NCBI GenBank assembly: GCA_030324005.1
Contig: JARDVH010000099.1
Span: forward strand, 38,229,882 to 38,293,881
Length of the DNA: 64,000 bases
Direction: 5' to 3'
Source: Negaprion brevirostris
Taxonomy: Eukaryota
The translations under genes were made by a program, and so were the position numbers. The notes under the pieces were generated by a model. The model was not told where the DNA came from. It saw only the letters and a list, made by a program, of their open reading frames with translations, and ran no database searches. This document shows, piece after piece, positions 23,932 to 35,270 of the stretch; within the stretch, counting starts at the first letter, position 1; each line of letters starts with the position of its first letter.

Positions 23932-24869
23932 GTGGAAATGCATCAGCAAACCCGGGGAGTTGTGGATGGACTGTTACTAACCATGCTGCAGCTGCAAGGC
24001 TGTTTAGGGGAGTCAAACAGAGTGCTGTCGCAAGAGGTGGTGCTGGCACAATGTGGGAGACAGACCAACACTGCAAAAGTGGCATCCACAGTGGAAAGTC
24101 TGGCTCAGGGATCTGGCCTCATGGGTAACAGGCTCCAGGTCATCCTGAAGGCACAACAACCCACAGCCGTGGGTGTCACTGGCGTCCTGGAGGCACAGCA
24201 TTTGATAGCCACAAGTGTCAGAGGCACATGGGAGACACTGCTGGCTATGGCTGTGACTCTCGCTGGCATTCTGGAGACACAGCAGGCTGTGGCTGTGAGC
24301 CTCAACAACTTAGCCCAGGCTCAGAGGGCTACTGCTGAGGGGCCCCAGAACATGCTTCCACACAGAATGCTGCAGCAGAGGGGCTCCGGAGCTTGGCCAA
24401 GTCTCAGAGGGCCAGGGCTGAGGGATCGCAGACCATGGGGCAGATCATCTAGGCCTCCAGGACTGGCAGAGTCAGGAGCTTCTGGAACTCAGTCCAGCTA
24501 CCCTGGCATCCCATGGAGTGTCCCCAGGGCCTATGGGCACCCCAAGGGAGGAGGAAGGGCTTGAGTCTATGCCAGGGTCCTTCTACCCAGGAAACTCCAA
24601 ACGTCACAAGCCTTCTGATCCCCCCCACTTCCTCATATTGGGGCATTCAGGGCCAGCTGGATGAACAGGATGGCACAGAAACATCAGTGTCATCCGCAAG
24701 TCGGCTGGGGCCTTCCAGGTCTCGGACCCCAGGGGACGTCCACCAAGGGCATCGTAGGGAACGGGACACAGATCACAGCTGGACTCCTCCACCTCCAATA
24801 TGCATCCTAGGGGGAGCATCGAGAAGAAGCAGTAGGCCACACATGATTAGAAAGTGGTTGATTCACTAA
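23932..24869 (+). pseudogene. C-terminal part of the Harbinger accessory (Myb/SANT-type) ORF
   Basis: 210-aa and 118-aa Ala/Gln/Ser-rich ORFs with repeated QQxxAxxxxGxLE units, ending RRSSRP. Position and orientation match Harbinger ORF2. The Myb domain itself is not seen. Confidence 0.55.
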
Positions 24870-24899
24870 GAGGGCACAGGCAATGGTCACCAGTAGTCA

Positions 24900-25078
24900 A
24901 TCTTTGTGCCTCATACAAGTAAACTGAATCAAATTGAGGGACAAATTAAAGAGGGCAGCTCCTTAAAAGAAGGGAACCGCCCAAAACAAATACAAAGAGG
25001 AAAGAAAGCTTAAAAAGATCAAACTAAAATGTGATTAAAGGGGCTGATAATAAACCCAGCATTGTGGTGCCCAAGTCA
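24900..25078. mobile_element. Unclassified A-rich insertion (about 180 bp) with a 15-bp target-site duplication
   Basis: Flanked by GGTCACCAGTAGTCA (24885-24899) and GGTCACCAGTGGTCA (25079-25093). Confidence 0.6.
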
Positions 25079-26045
25079 GGTCACCAGTGGTCAGGGTTAG
25101 GTTTTGGTCAATGCTAAGAGCACAATTAAAAGTTTTTTTGCACTTCAGAGCTGTGACTGATCCATCTCTGATTCTCCCCCCACAGAGCTGAGTGTTCTAC
25201 AATCCCACACATCAAGGAGCAGACTGCTTACTGTGCAATACCTCATGCTAAAGTTATCAAATGCCTTCCCTACTTTCCCCAGCATCCATAGAACCCTGAG
25301 TCAAACGCCACCCCCTGGTATCGTCACCCCCACCCCACCCCGGTCATACCGCCTGACCCATTGCCCCACACACATATGTTCCCGACCCATACCGCTAGGT
25401 GGGCGAAGGTGGCTGTGTGCATTTGGAGAACAGGTAGCAGTCAGACTTGAGTGGTACCAGGGGCAGGATCCCTGTGTGCTTTATAGCAAGTCCCCATCAT
25501 TATTCTCCAACCTTCACCAAAGACTCGCTACCAGTGCCAGCCCAGTCCCATTAACCTGTTGTCATGTTTCGGTGGTCTGAGAGAGGGTAGGGGTGGGCTG
25601 AAAGTGGATGGTGAAGGGTGGGGAGGTGGGCTGAGAGAGGGCGGGCTGAGAGAAGGTGGGAAAGGGTGGGGGTGTAGGCTGAGAGAGGGTGGGGAAGGAT
25701 GGTGGGATGGTCTGAGAGGTGGGGATGGGCCGAAAGAGGGTGGTGAAGGGTGAAGGGGGGGAAGGGGAAAGNNNNNNNNNNNNNNNNNNNNNNNNNNNNN
25801 NNNNNNNNNNNNNNNNNNNNNNNNNNNNNNNNNNNNNNNNNNNNNNNNNNNNNNNNNNNNNNNNNNNNNNNTGGTTTGAGAGAGGGTGGGAAAGGATGGG
25901 GGAGTGGGTTGGGAGTGAGTGGGGAAGGGACAGGGTCATGTGTGTTGAGGGGCCAGCTTGGGGTTTTGGGGGACTGGCGGCTGCAGGGCTTCCTGGGGTG
26001 TGGTGGAAGGGTGTTGGGAGCAGACCCAAAACTGAATATTACCAG

Positions 26046-27255
26046 CTATGTGAAGCAGGCTGCAATCAGGGCCTCCCTTGCTGCACTCCCCTGCCAGCTC
26101 CCGGCCATCACCACCTGCCCTCCATCTCCCAGCTCCTCATATGACAAGTTGTCGAGGTCTACCTGGTGCTGCTCCTCCTCCTTCTCCAGCTGGATCTCCC
26201 GCAACTGTGCAGTATTGTACAGGATACAGCATGCAATTAGAACGTACAAGCAATGCACAGGGTCAAACTGTAGGGCACGCCCAAAGTGGTCTGGGCACCG
26301 GAATCGCATCTTCAGCCAGCCTGTGCAACAAAGGACCCACTATGGATCGGGTATGAGTGTGGGCCTCATTATAATGGGTCTCCACCCTGGTCTCAGACCT
26401 CCATACAGGTGTCATCAACCATGACCTCAGTGGGTAGCCCTTGTCCCCCGAAGACCATCACAGCAGCCTGGGTTGGTCTTCAAAGATACCAGTGATGCCC
26501 AATTGCCTCAGCACATAGCTATCATGGACATTCTGTGGGTGGCATGTATGAAACCTGCATTATGTTCACCTGATTGTCACATACAATTTGTACATTAAGG
26601 GAGTGGAACACCTTTCTGCTGACAAATGGTTGTCCCTCATTTTATGGGGACTGCAGGGTGATGTGTGTCTCATTCATTGCCCCCTGCACATAGGGCATCC
26701 CAAGTGAAGAAGCCTGCACCCCAGGCCCCCTGCTGACCCTGTCCAATGTCAAAGTGGATGCATTGGCCTGTCCGGGCGAGCAAGGCATCTGTCACCTGAC
26801 AAATATATCTATGGAAGGACGCCTGAGAGATTCCGCAAAGGTCGCCACTGGGTGCCTGAAACGGCCATGTTGCATAGAAGTTAAGGGTTGCCATCACCTT
26901 AACATCTACTGGCAGCAGGTGCTGCCTCTTTCCTCAGGTACCAGGTGTACGAGCACCTCACACAAATGCTGGACCGTGTCCTTGGATAGGTGGAGCCGAC
27001 GACAGCACATGACCTCCAATAGCCCCTGGTGCAGTACCGCCTGGGTCTCCGCATCCTCCTTCTCCTCGCCGTCCTTTTGGGAGACTGCTCTCCCACTTCA
27101 TGGCCATCAGAGGCAGCCCCCTGCCCTCCTTTCTGAGGGCCTGCCACTAGCTGCTCCTGTTGTGGCCTCCCTATGCCTTGTACCTACTGAGCCACCTCCT
27201 CCTCCTGAGCTGCTGCCATGATGGCCAGCTGTAAATCAATGAGATCAAGATCCAT
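26046..27255 (-). pseudogene. HARBI1-like DDE transposase pseudogene of the Harbinger element
   Basis: ATLNFYATWPFQAPSGDLCGISQASFHRYICQVTDALLAR, RKVFHSLNVQIVCD and LKMRFRCPDHFGRALQF...IACCILYN...AAREALIAACF, with frameshifts. Confidence 0.9.
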
Positions 27256-28941
27256 TCTGCATGGTTAGAGAAAGAGAGACTGAGAGACATGTCATTGCTT
27301 GTATCTACCCCAGCACCACCCACCCCTCACTGGGAACAGTACACTCACTTGTGGATGCTGGCAACACAACACAAGCTGTGGTGCCATGCATCAACTGATT
27401 AGGTCGCCTGCCATTGATATCGTGAACACAACAGACAAGGAGGGTATGCAGGTTTGTGTGCAGATGTGATCATTGCGCTTCCTTGAGCCATTGCCATGAA
27501 TGCAACTACAGCATTCCTTTCCAGGCATGTGTCCAGGTCACGCACACAGGGCAGGGACAGCCTCCTTTTTATCACACTATGGGTTCCCATTCACTGCACA
27601 GTGCATGCAGGATGAATGTCTATGTTAAACAAAGCACCCCTGCTTGGAGCACCAGCTGCCTGAACAGCTGATCCCTCAAGCAGCACATGGTGCACTTCCC
27701 CCACACTAAAACCCCATCCTCAGTCCGGTCCCACACCTAACCCCACAGCCAGAATAATGGAATAATCCAATGGCGACAGACAGCGGCCTGACCAACAGTC
27801 AGGAAAGGACCCCATTCCAATGGAACAGCCCAGTGGCTGCAGACAGCAGTCTGACCAGCAGTCGATAAAGGACTTCACTGACAGAGACTACAAGGAACAT
27901 CCCAGGGCCTGGGAACAGCGCTTCCAGCTCTCCAGGGAACTCCCCATACCAAGCAGAAATTTTCCAGGCCTTGTCTCCATTCTGCCCTGCACGCCAGGCA
28001 CTGCAGCATTGAATGCTCTCACCCCAGGTCCCAACTTTTATACAACTGTTGTAATCTACACCAACATGACTTTGCGCCAGAGTGGGAGCAGAGATTCTAG
28101 TCACAGACCCGCTTATTAGATGTTAAGATATGTAAATGCGTGCTTATGTCTGTTACGCTGATTTTCAGCATGGATCTGTTGACACCAAAAAACGTTGGCT
28201 GGGAGGCATGCGGAAGCCCAGGCACCCAGCACAAATCGCCCTTATCAGCTCCCACTCGAGTCTCCTGGCCCACTGTGCCGACGCATCCGGATGAGAGATT
28301 TACCACCACCAACACCGAGCACCCCCCCCCCCCCCCCCCCCCCCACCCCCCTACCCCATTAGTCTTTAGTAACTGCTGGAACATGAGTAAATCACTTTCG
28401 AATTCATTTTGCAGCATTTGGTATTCCTATTACTGAGGAATGTTGTTTAATTTATTCTGCAAACAGCTCCCAGTAAAAAGGATAGATATAACATTTGGAA
28501 CAGTGTTATAGTGCTATAAGAGCAGGAAGAGGAGGAAAACTGGAAAAGAGGCTGGCACGCATGACCCAGGAAAGGAAAACCAGTAAAGGAAGGTGGGGGG
28601 GGGGGCATCAATAAATCGTACTTCAGGTATCTCCCACCCCTAGCCCCCAGGGAACCATATTGATGCTGGAGAAAAGGCAGCATTCCAACCAAAGTCAAAT
28701 TCTGACTTGCTCCATTTGCCCCCATTTAAGTTTAGAATATTAAAGACAGTCAGATACAAGTCAGACATCATTTACTTATCATCCCTCAACTTGTGGGTCT
28801 TTGTTGGTTTCCAGCCTAATAATGCATCCAATTCTACATTCTCATCCTTGTGTTCAAATCTTTCCATGACTTCATCAACATCTCCATAACCACTTCCACT
28901 CCTGTTGTGTATTTGATGGCTTGTTGCGTATTTTATATCTC

Positions 28942-29267
28942 TGGGGTGGGATTTTCCAGACACTCTTGCCGCAAAACCAGAGAATCCTGCCCGAGGTCAG
29001 TTTGTTCAGCCAGCAGGTAGTGAATTTGTGGAATTCATTGCCACAGAAGGCTGTGGAGGGCAAGTCATTGAGTGTACTTAAGACAGAGATAAATAGACTC
29101 TTGATTGGTTAAAGGATCACACATTCGGATACAAGCCAGAATTCTCTGCGGTTTTCCCAGCACGGGGCAATGTCAATGGGAATTCCAGAGAACCCACCAC
29201 TAGCAAACAATGCACCACATCCCCCTGGCAGGAAACACATGGCTGGGAGACTACAGAATCTCACCCA
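28942..29267. mobile_element. MITE carrying a nested CR1 3' fragment (about 28998-29120)
   Basis: Termini GGGGTGGGATTTTCC and AGAATCTCACCC. The internal frame FSQQVVNLWNSLPQKAVEGKSLSVLKTEINRLLIG is the CR1 C-terminus. Confidence 0.65.
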
Positions 29268-29559
29268 TTGCCTTTGGCTTAGAGTGTTTTCCCATTTCTC
29301 TGATTTTGTTAATTGTATAAATTAAGGTTAAGTATTGATTGGTTGATTACTTGAACACATTTAAAAAGACACTTGTCACTCATGTGGGAGTAGATTTAGG
29401 AATTGTACACTTGTTATAGTTCACACTTTGGGATACATTTAAAATTGAGTAAGTATTGGCTTCCGGTCACTTACTTCACTAACTGGCTGTCAGGAGATTA
29501 ACATTAATCATTCATCTCCTTTCTTGCCCTCACCTCCCTGTGTTCTATTAGTTTAAAGC

Positions 29560-31320
29560 CCTGTCATAGTTATTTGATTTGTCAGGACACTGGTCCATGT
29601 CAGGTTCAAATGCAACCTGTCCCAGCAGAGCAGCTTCCTCTATCCCCAGTAGTGGTGGACCATGAAGTGAAACCGCTGCCTCTCATATCACCCCTTCAGC
29701 CATGCCTTTAACCTTCTAATCTGTTTATCCTTATACCAAGTGGTAGGTACCACAGGTGCCAATTCAGAGAATGAGGGTCTGCTTTTTAATTTAGATTCCA
29801 ATTCCTCAAACTCTCCCAGCAAAATATCATTACTAGTTCTACTTAGATCACTGGTTTCCATGTGAATCATGATAATTGTAATCATCCCCCTCCCACTCAA
29901 AGTTCTTCTCCAGCCACAAGGAGGTGTGTTTAAAATTGGCACCAAATAGGTAACACTGCCTTTGGAAATCCCAGTTTCAGCTGCAGAGAAAGATATCTGT
30001 CCTCCAGCTAAACTGCCCCATAAGACCATAAACTATAGGAGCAAAATTAGGTCATTCAGCCCATCGAGTCTGCTCTGCCATTCGATCATGTCTGATACGT
30101 TTCTCAATCTCATTCTCCTGCCTTTTCGACATAACCTTTGATTTCCCTTACCAATCAAGAACATATCTATCTCTGTCTTAAATACACTCAATGACCTGTA
30201 CTCCACAGCCTCCTGTGGCAATGAATTCCATAGATTCACCACCCTATGGCTGAAGAAATTGCTTCTCATCTCAGTTCTAACAGGTTGTCTCTTTACTCTG
30301 AGGCTGTGCCCTTGAATCCTAGTCTTTTGTACTAATGGAAACATCTTCCCCATGTCCATTCTATCCATAGAAACCCTACAGTACAGAAAGAGGCCATTTG
30401 GCCCATCGTGTCTGCACTGACCACAATCCCACGCAGGCCCTACTCCCATATCCCCTCTGCCCATAAATTAATGCCCTTCTGCCCATAACTCTCTTTTGAC
30501 CAACTGCATTGAATCATAGAATCCTACAATGCAAAAGGAGGCCATTCAGCCCATCAAACCTTCACCAACAACAACTATCCCCATAACCCCATGTCTTTAT
30601 CCTGCAAATCCCCCTGACATATCCAGGCGTTTCAGCATACTGTAAGTTTCAATGAGATCCCCCTTCATCCTCAAACTCCATTGAATAGAGACGCAGAGTC
30701 TTCAAATGTTCCTCATACAGCAAGCCTTTTATTCCTGGGTTCATTCTTGTGAATCTCCTCTGGACTCTTTCCAAAGCTAGCACATCCTTCCTTAGACACA
30801 GGGCCCAAAATTGCTCACAATATTCCAAATGTGGTCTGACCAGAGCCTTATAAAGCCTTGGAGCACGTCCCTGCTTTTGTATACTAATCCTCTCAAAATG
30901 AATACAAACATTACATTTGCCTTCTTAACTATCAACTCAACCTGCAAGTTAAGTTAACCTTAAGAGAACTTTAAGTTAACGTTAAGAGGTCCCCTACTAT
31001 GACCACATCCCTTTGTACTTTCCCCTCTAGTCTGGCCTCCTCTATTGTGTTGGCATAGACATTTTGCTCATTCACCCTGGAGATTTTGCCCTCATTTACA
31101 TTGACAGTTCAGATGGTGGATAAAGGAAAAGGCTGAATATCTTCCAGATGGTGTCTGAGATCTCCTTAACTCGACTCATAGTGTCGTCCAACTGTCTCTG
31201 ACCACTAACCAAACGTGTGCCACTTCCCAACCCAAAGGGTGTGACTACTTCCAGGGTCAAAGTTTTCTGGTAACTCTCACTCTCCCAGATGTCCCACAAC
31301 ATCTGTAACTTCACAATTGC
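29560..31320 (-). mobile_element. CR1 ORF1 (SGNH esterase-type) remnant split by younger CR1 3' ends and SINE tails (about 30020-30990)
   Basis: RDVVIVGD (about 30990) and IHMETSDLSRTSNDILLGEFEELESKLKSR...QIRRLKAWLK. The inserted CR1 tail frame is RTEMRSNFFSHRVVNLWNSLPQEAVE, with ATAGAA/CATAAG tail repeats at 30020, 30367 and 30515. Confidence 0.8.
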
Positions 31321-32004
31321 TCCCAGACAATACTGTGAGAGAAAGATCAGCCCTGGTAATTTTATTGTCAGCAATCATGGCTTTGATTTGATTGGTATAA
31401 TTGGATATTGTTAAAAAACAATTAGATACATTTGCCCACCATTTCTAATCATGCCATTACCACGCTTAGTAAAATGTGCCTTCTTAGTTATTCAGTTGAA
31501 AAATACATATCTGGTTTAGGAGATACAGATGTTAATATTCTACACCTGAGTTTTAGCCATGCGATGAATATATTAAAACTTCTCAGGTTTGAGAAACCTT
31601 TACATTATTTTTATAATTTGCATCTTCACATTCAGTCATTCTTTGCTGCAAAATTCAATGTCAGACGAGTAACACATTTTATGCTGCAGCTTGTATCCCC
31701 ATTGCATTTAGCTGTAAAAAAGACAGAAAATGACTTGAACAAATTACCTATAATTGAACTGCATAGAAAATGCCAGTTGAAGAAAATGTTCTTTTCTTTA
31801 AAAAAATGTCAAAAGGACCTTGCAATTAACACTTATCCCGACTATTACATTCTCCTAAATGTGGAACTACAAATTACAAAACACAATGTAAAGATAAAGG
31901 TTTTTTCAGTCTGAGAAGCTGTAATATATTTATAATATGCCTAAAAATCAGGTGGAGTATATCCAGTATTTTTTTTACATTGAACCTATTCCTGATTCTT
32001 TTAA

Positions 32005-32770
32005 GGGCAATTGCGCAGTGTTCAGCACTATTTGCAACTCCTCACATTCTGAAGTATCCCATGTCCAAATGCAGCCAGACCTCAGCAATATCCAAGCTTG
32101 GGCTGATAAGTAGTCAATGACATTCGTGCCACAGAAGTCCCAGACCACGACCATCTCCAGCGAGATGAAATCTAACTATCAGCCCTTGACATTCAATAAC
32201 AGTACCATTGCTGAATCCCCCACTATCTGCATCCTGGAATTACCATTGACCAAAAACAGAAGTGTACTCGTTCGTTAAATACTGTAACCACAAGAACAGG
32301 TGAGAGGCTAGGGATCCTGTGTTGAGCAGCTCATCTCCCGACCCCCCAAGCTGTCCACCACCGACAAGGCACAAGTCAGGGCTGTGATGAAATACTTGCA
32401 CTTTTCTGGATCAGTGCAGCTCCAATAACACTCAAGACACTTGGTACCATCCAGGACAAAGCAGCCCACTTGACCGGCACTCTATCCACAAATGTACACT
32501 TTCTCCATCACTGATGCACATTGGCAACAGTGTGTACCATCTACAAGATGCACAGCAAGAGCTCAGCAAGGCTCCTCAGACAGCATAGCCACTACTAGAA
32601 AGACAAGGGCAGCAGACACATGGCAAAATCCCCATCTAGAAGTTTCCCTCCAACAACTCATCATCCTGTACTGTCATTCCTTCACTATCACGAGGTCAAA
32701 TTCCTGTAACTCTGGGAAATTAGGGATGGCAATAAATCTGGCCTAGCCAGAATGTCAATATCCCATCAAT
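32005..32770 (+). mobile_element. CR1/L2-group LINE (second family) 3' fragment
   Basis: DLSNIQAWADK*, KAQVRAVMKY and LGTIQDKAAHL. Homologous to 21375-21975 and 57200-58600. Confidence 0.8.
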
Positions 32771-33902
32771 AAGAAAACATAACAGCTTTCCTGCCCAAGG
32801 AATCCAATTTAGTTATTAAAAAGTAATTAGAAGATTATTAATAGATAGATTAGACTTCTAATTTTGGTGGCATGTTGAAATTAACATTTATAAAAGAAAT
32901 TGCAAAAATGAGATCTAACTTGTCATAATAAAGCCCCACTTTTGCGAATGATTCATTCAAGGCTTGTTTTGGTTGAGGTTTTTATTGGATCCATGTGTGG
33001 AAGAATATCTTCAACAAGTAAAAAGTATTATTAAGTTCCTACTAATAATGCGGATCTCTCAATGTTGTAGAATAATCCAGTTCCTTTAAAGTTAAGAAAA
33101 AGTGCTGGGAAACCCGGGTCCTTTCAACAGAATAGATTATTTCACCTGCCGTATTTAATTTTTACTTGCCTCTTTTCCACAAAAACAAATGATTCACCAC
33201 ATACACAAGTCCAGAATTTGTTTGATAACACAAAATAGCCTAGTTTCTCCACAATTCCAAATAAACTACAAATCTAAATTGAAAACTTGAAGCTGTCAGT
33301 TTAAATAATTTGTTAGTATTCCAGATAGGAATGATACTGAAGAAATTAATCATAGAGCTTTCAATGTACCTGTGGTATACATTTGTCTATACATCAATAA
33401 AACCACAGTCAGTGATTAATCAATACCATAATAGATCTGTTCGTGCCATTTGTAACAACCTTTGTATCCTTTGGAAATAATCATTGGTTTTTTTGTGTCT
33501 TCTTCATAGACATGGGGGAATATCATGCCCCCACCCCCTCCAAGCCAGTGTATTTGCAGGAGGGGGAAGGGGCACATTAAATGGGATGGATAACTAGTCT
33601 GTTACTGTGCTTTTGCCTCAGTATTCCTTGAATTCTTAGTCCAGTGAGATCTTATTGGAAATAAATTGTCTTTCATCAAAAATACCTTTATTTACATCAT
33701 TTACTCGTTACAAGGTTATAGAACATCAGGACATGGCTATAGATCTGCTTTGAAATGACTCTCATTCACTTTTTCTCAGTGACTGACATCACCAAGACAT
33801 AATTTCTTACATACTTACTCTGTAGCCATTTTTAGAGTTAATCCTTTACAATTAACCCACCATCTTACAACACACCCGCAAGCTGTCTGTCATGCTATAG
33901 TG

Positions 33903-34371
33903 TGTGAACATAAGAACATAAGAACATAAGAAATAGGAGCAGGAGTAGGCCATCTAGCCCTTCGAGCCTGCCCCACCATTCANNNNNNNNNNNNNNNNNN
34001 NNNNNNNNNNNNNNNNNNNNNNNNNNNNNNNNNNNNNNNNNNNNNNNNNNNNNNNNNNNNNNNNNNNNNNNNNNNNNNNNNNNNNNNNNNNNNNNNNNNN
34101 NNNNNNNNNNNNNNNNNNNNNNNNNNNNNNNNNNNNNNNNNNNNNNNNNNNNNNNNNNNNNNNNNNNNNNNNNNNNNNNNNNNNNNNNNNNNNNNNNNNN
34201 NNNNNNNNNNNNNNNNNNNNNNNNNNNNNNNNNNNNNNNNNNNNNNNNNNNNNNNNNNNNNNNNNNNNNNNNNNNNNNNNNNNNNNNNNNNGATCTTATT
34301 GAATGGCGGGGCAGGCTCGAAGGGCTAGATGGCCTACTCCTGCTCCTATTTCTTATGTTCTTATATTCACA
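33903..34371. repeat. Inverted pair of young CR1 3' ends (tail-out palindrome; centre N-masked)
   Basis: 33903-33982 and the reverse complement of 34292-34371 are nearly identical (AAGAACATAAGAAATAGGAGCAGGAGTAGGCCATCTAGCCCTTCGAGCCTGCCCC[A/G]CCATTCA). Confidence 0.9.
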
Positions 34372-35149
34372 AGCAATACTATTTATTATTTAAGTGGCTA
34401 CAGATTGCTTTAAGAGTTGGTCACATTATTTGGTGATGATATCATCGCGGTGTTGCACAGACTGCTGTGACTTTCAGTTTGTCCTCTGTATCGGCAACAG
34501 CTCCTTCAATAAATCTGTTGTTGTTAGTTTGAATCTACTCATGCACACCACATCTTTTCTTTTTGCTCAAAGCCCATAACCCCGAACATACTTAAGACGT
34601 TACAAATACACTGCCCAATAAAAATCAGCCCACGATTGGTAAACCATGAATAGTATGTATTTTTACTCTCTATACTAACTGTGTTATGAAATCTAGTTTC
34701 TCAATATTGCATCGGGTCCTTGCTGGTAACAACAGAAATGCTGGATTGCTTAGTAGCTAATAATTAAGCAGTACAGTAAACAGTACTGCTTAATAGCTAA
34801 TACAGAACAGTTGCTTTTGTACTGTATTCCTTCTATGTAATTAAATGAACCAATCACAATGGATTTGTATGGATACTGAATTTAGGTAAAATCACTCAGT
34901 GGATGGGCTACAAAACAATTTCTTCATTAGTAATGAAATAAACAGCTTACACAATGCATACATGTTGCATTACTAAAGAAAATTCTAATTAATCATCATT
35001 AAATATCCATATAGATTTCATCTTTCTGTAAAACTTACTACCTTGGGTACTTGAAGTTGATTTTGGACAAAAGCTTTTATAATGATTAAGATGAACACTG
35101 TAATGCTGCAATTCATTGAAATTCGTAAGTACTATCAAGTGTACAAAAG

Positions 35150-35270
35150 ATGAACAACTTCCTTTTATGTGGCGCCTTTACTGGAGGGAAACATTCAAAG
35201 GGACATCACAGTAATATAAAGAGACAAGAAATCAACACCGAGCCGAAGAAGGAGATTTTGGGAGATAACA
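35150..35270 (-). mobile_element. L2 LINE 3' tail fragment
   Basis: AACAACTTCCTTTTATGTGGCGCCTTTA...ACACCGAGCCGAAGAAGGAGA, the reverse of the L2/Deu-SINE tail. Confidence 0.5.

Larger units (their letters stand above)
22990..28340. mobile_element. PIF/Harbinger autonomous-type transposon (decayed) with convergent ORFs
   Basis: A HARBI1-like transposase on the minus strand (26046-27255), a low-complexity accessory ORF on the plus strand (about 23900-24870), and a purine-rich spacer. The left end is hidden by Ns. Confidence 0.8.

Noticed and set aside
25580-25935. Gly- or Pro-rich ORFs in the GGGT/GAGA tract
   Set aside because: This is a low-complexity purine-rich spacer of the Harbinger element.
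26046-27255. Domesticated host gene HARBI1
   Set aside because: It is frameshifted, lies within a transposon with its accessory ORF, and a second decayed copy is present at 61860-62460.
29270-29505. Solo LTR fragment
   Set aside because: The composition is suggestive, but no second copy, TSD, PBS or PPT can be shown within the window.
31432-31914. 160-aa ORF
   Set aside because: It has a non-ATG start, AT-rich composition, no recognisable motif and no convincing splice signals.
33906-33935. Short direct repeats (GAACATAA)n as a CRISPR-like or satellite array
   Set aside because: These are the standard CR1 3' terminal microsatellite with no spacers, in a eukaryotic context.
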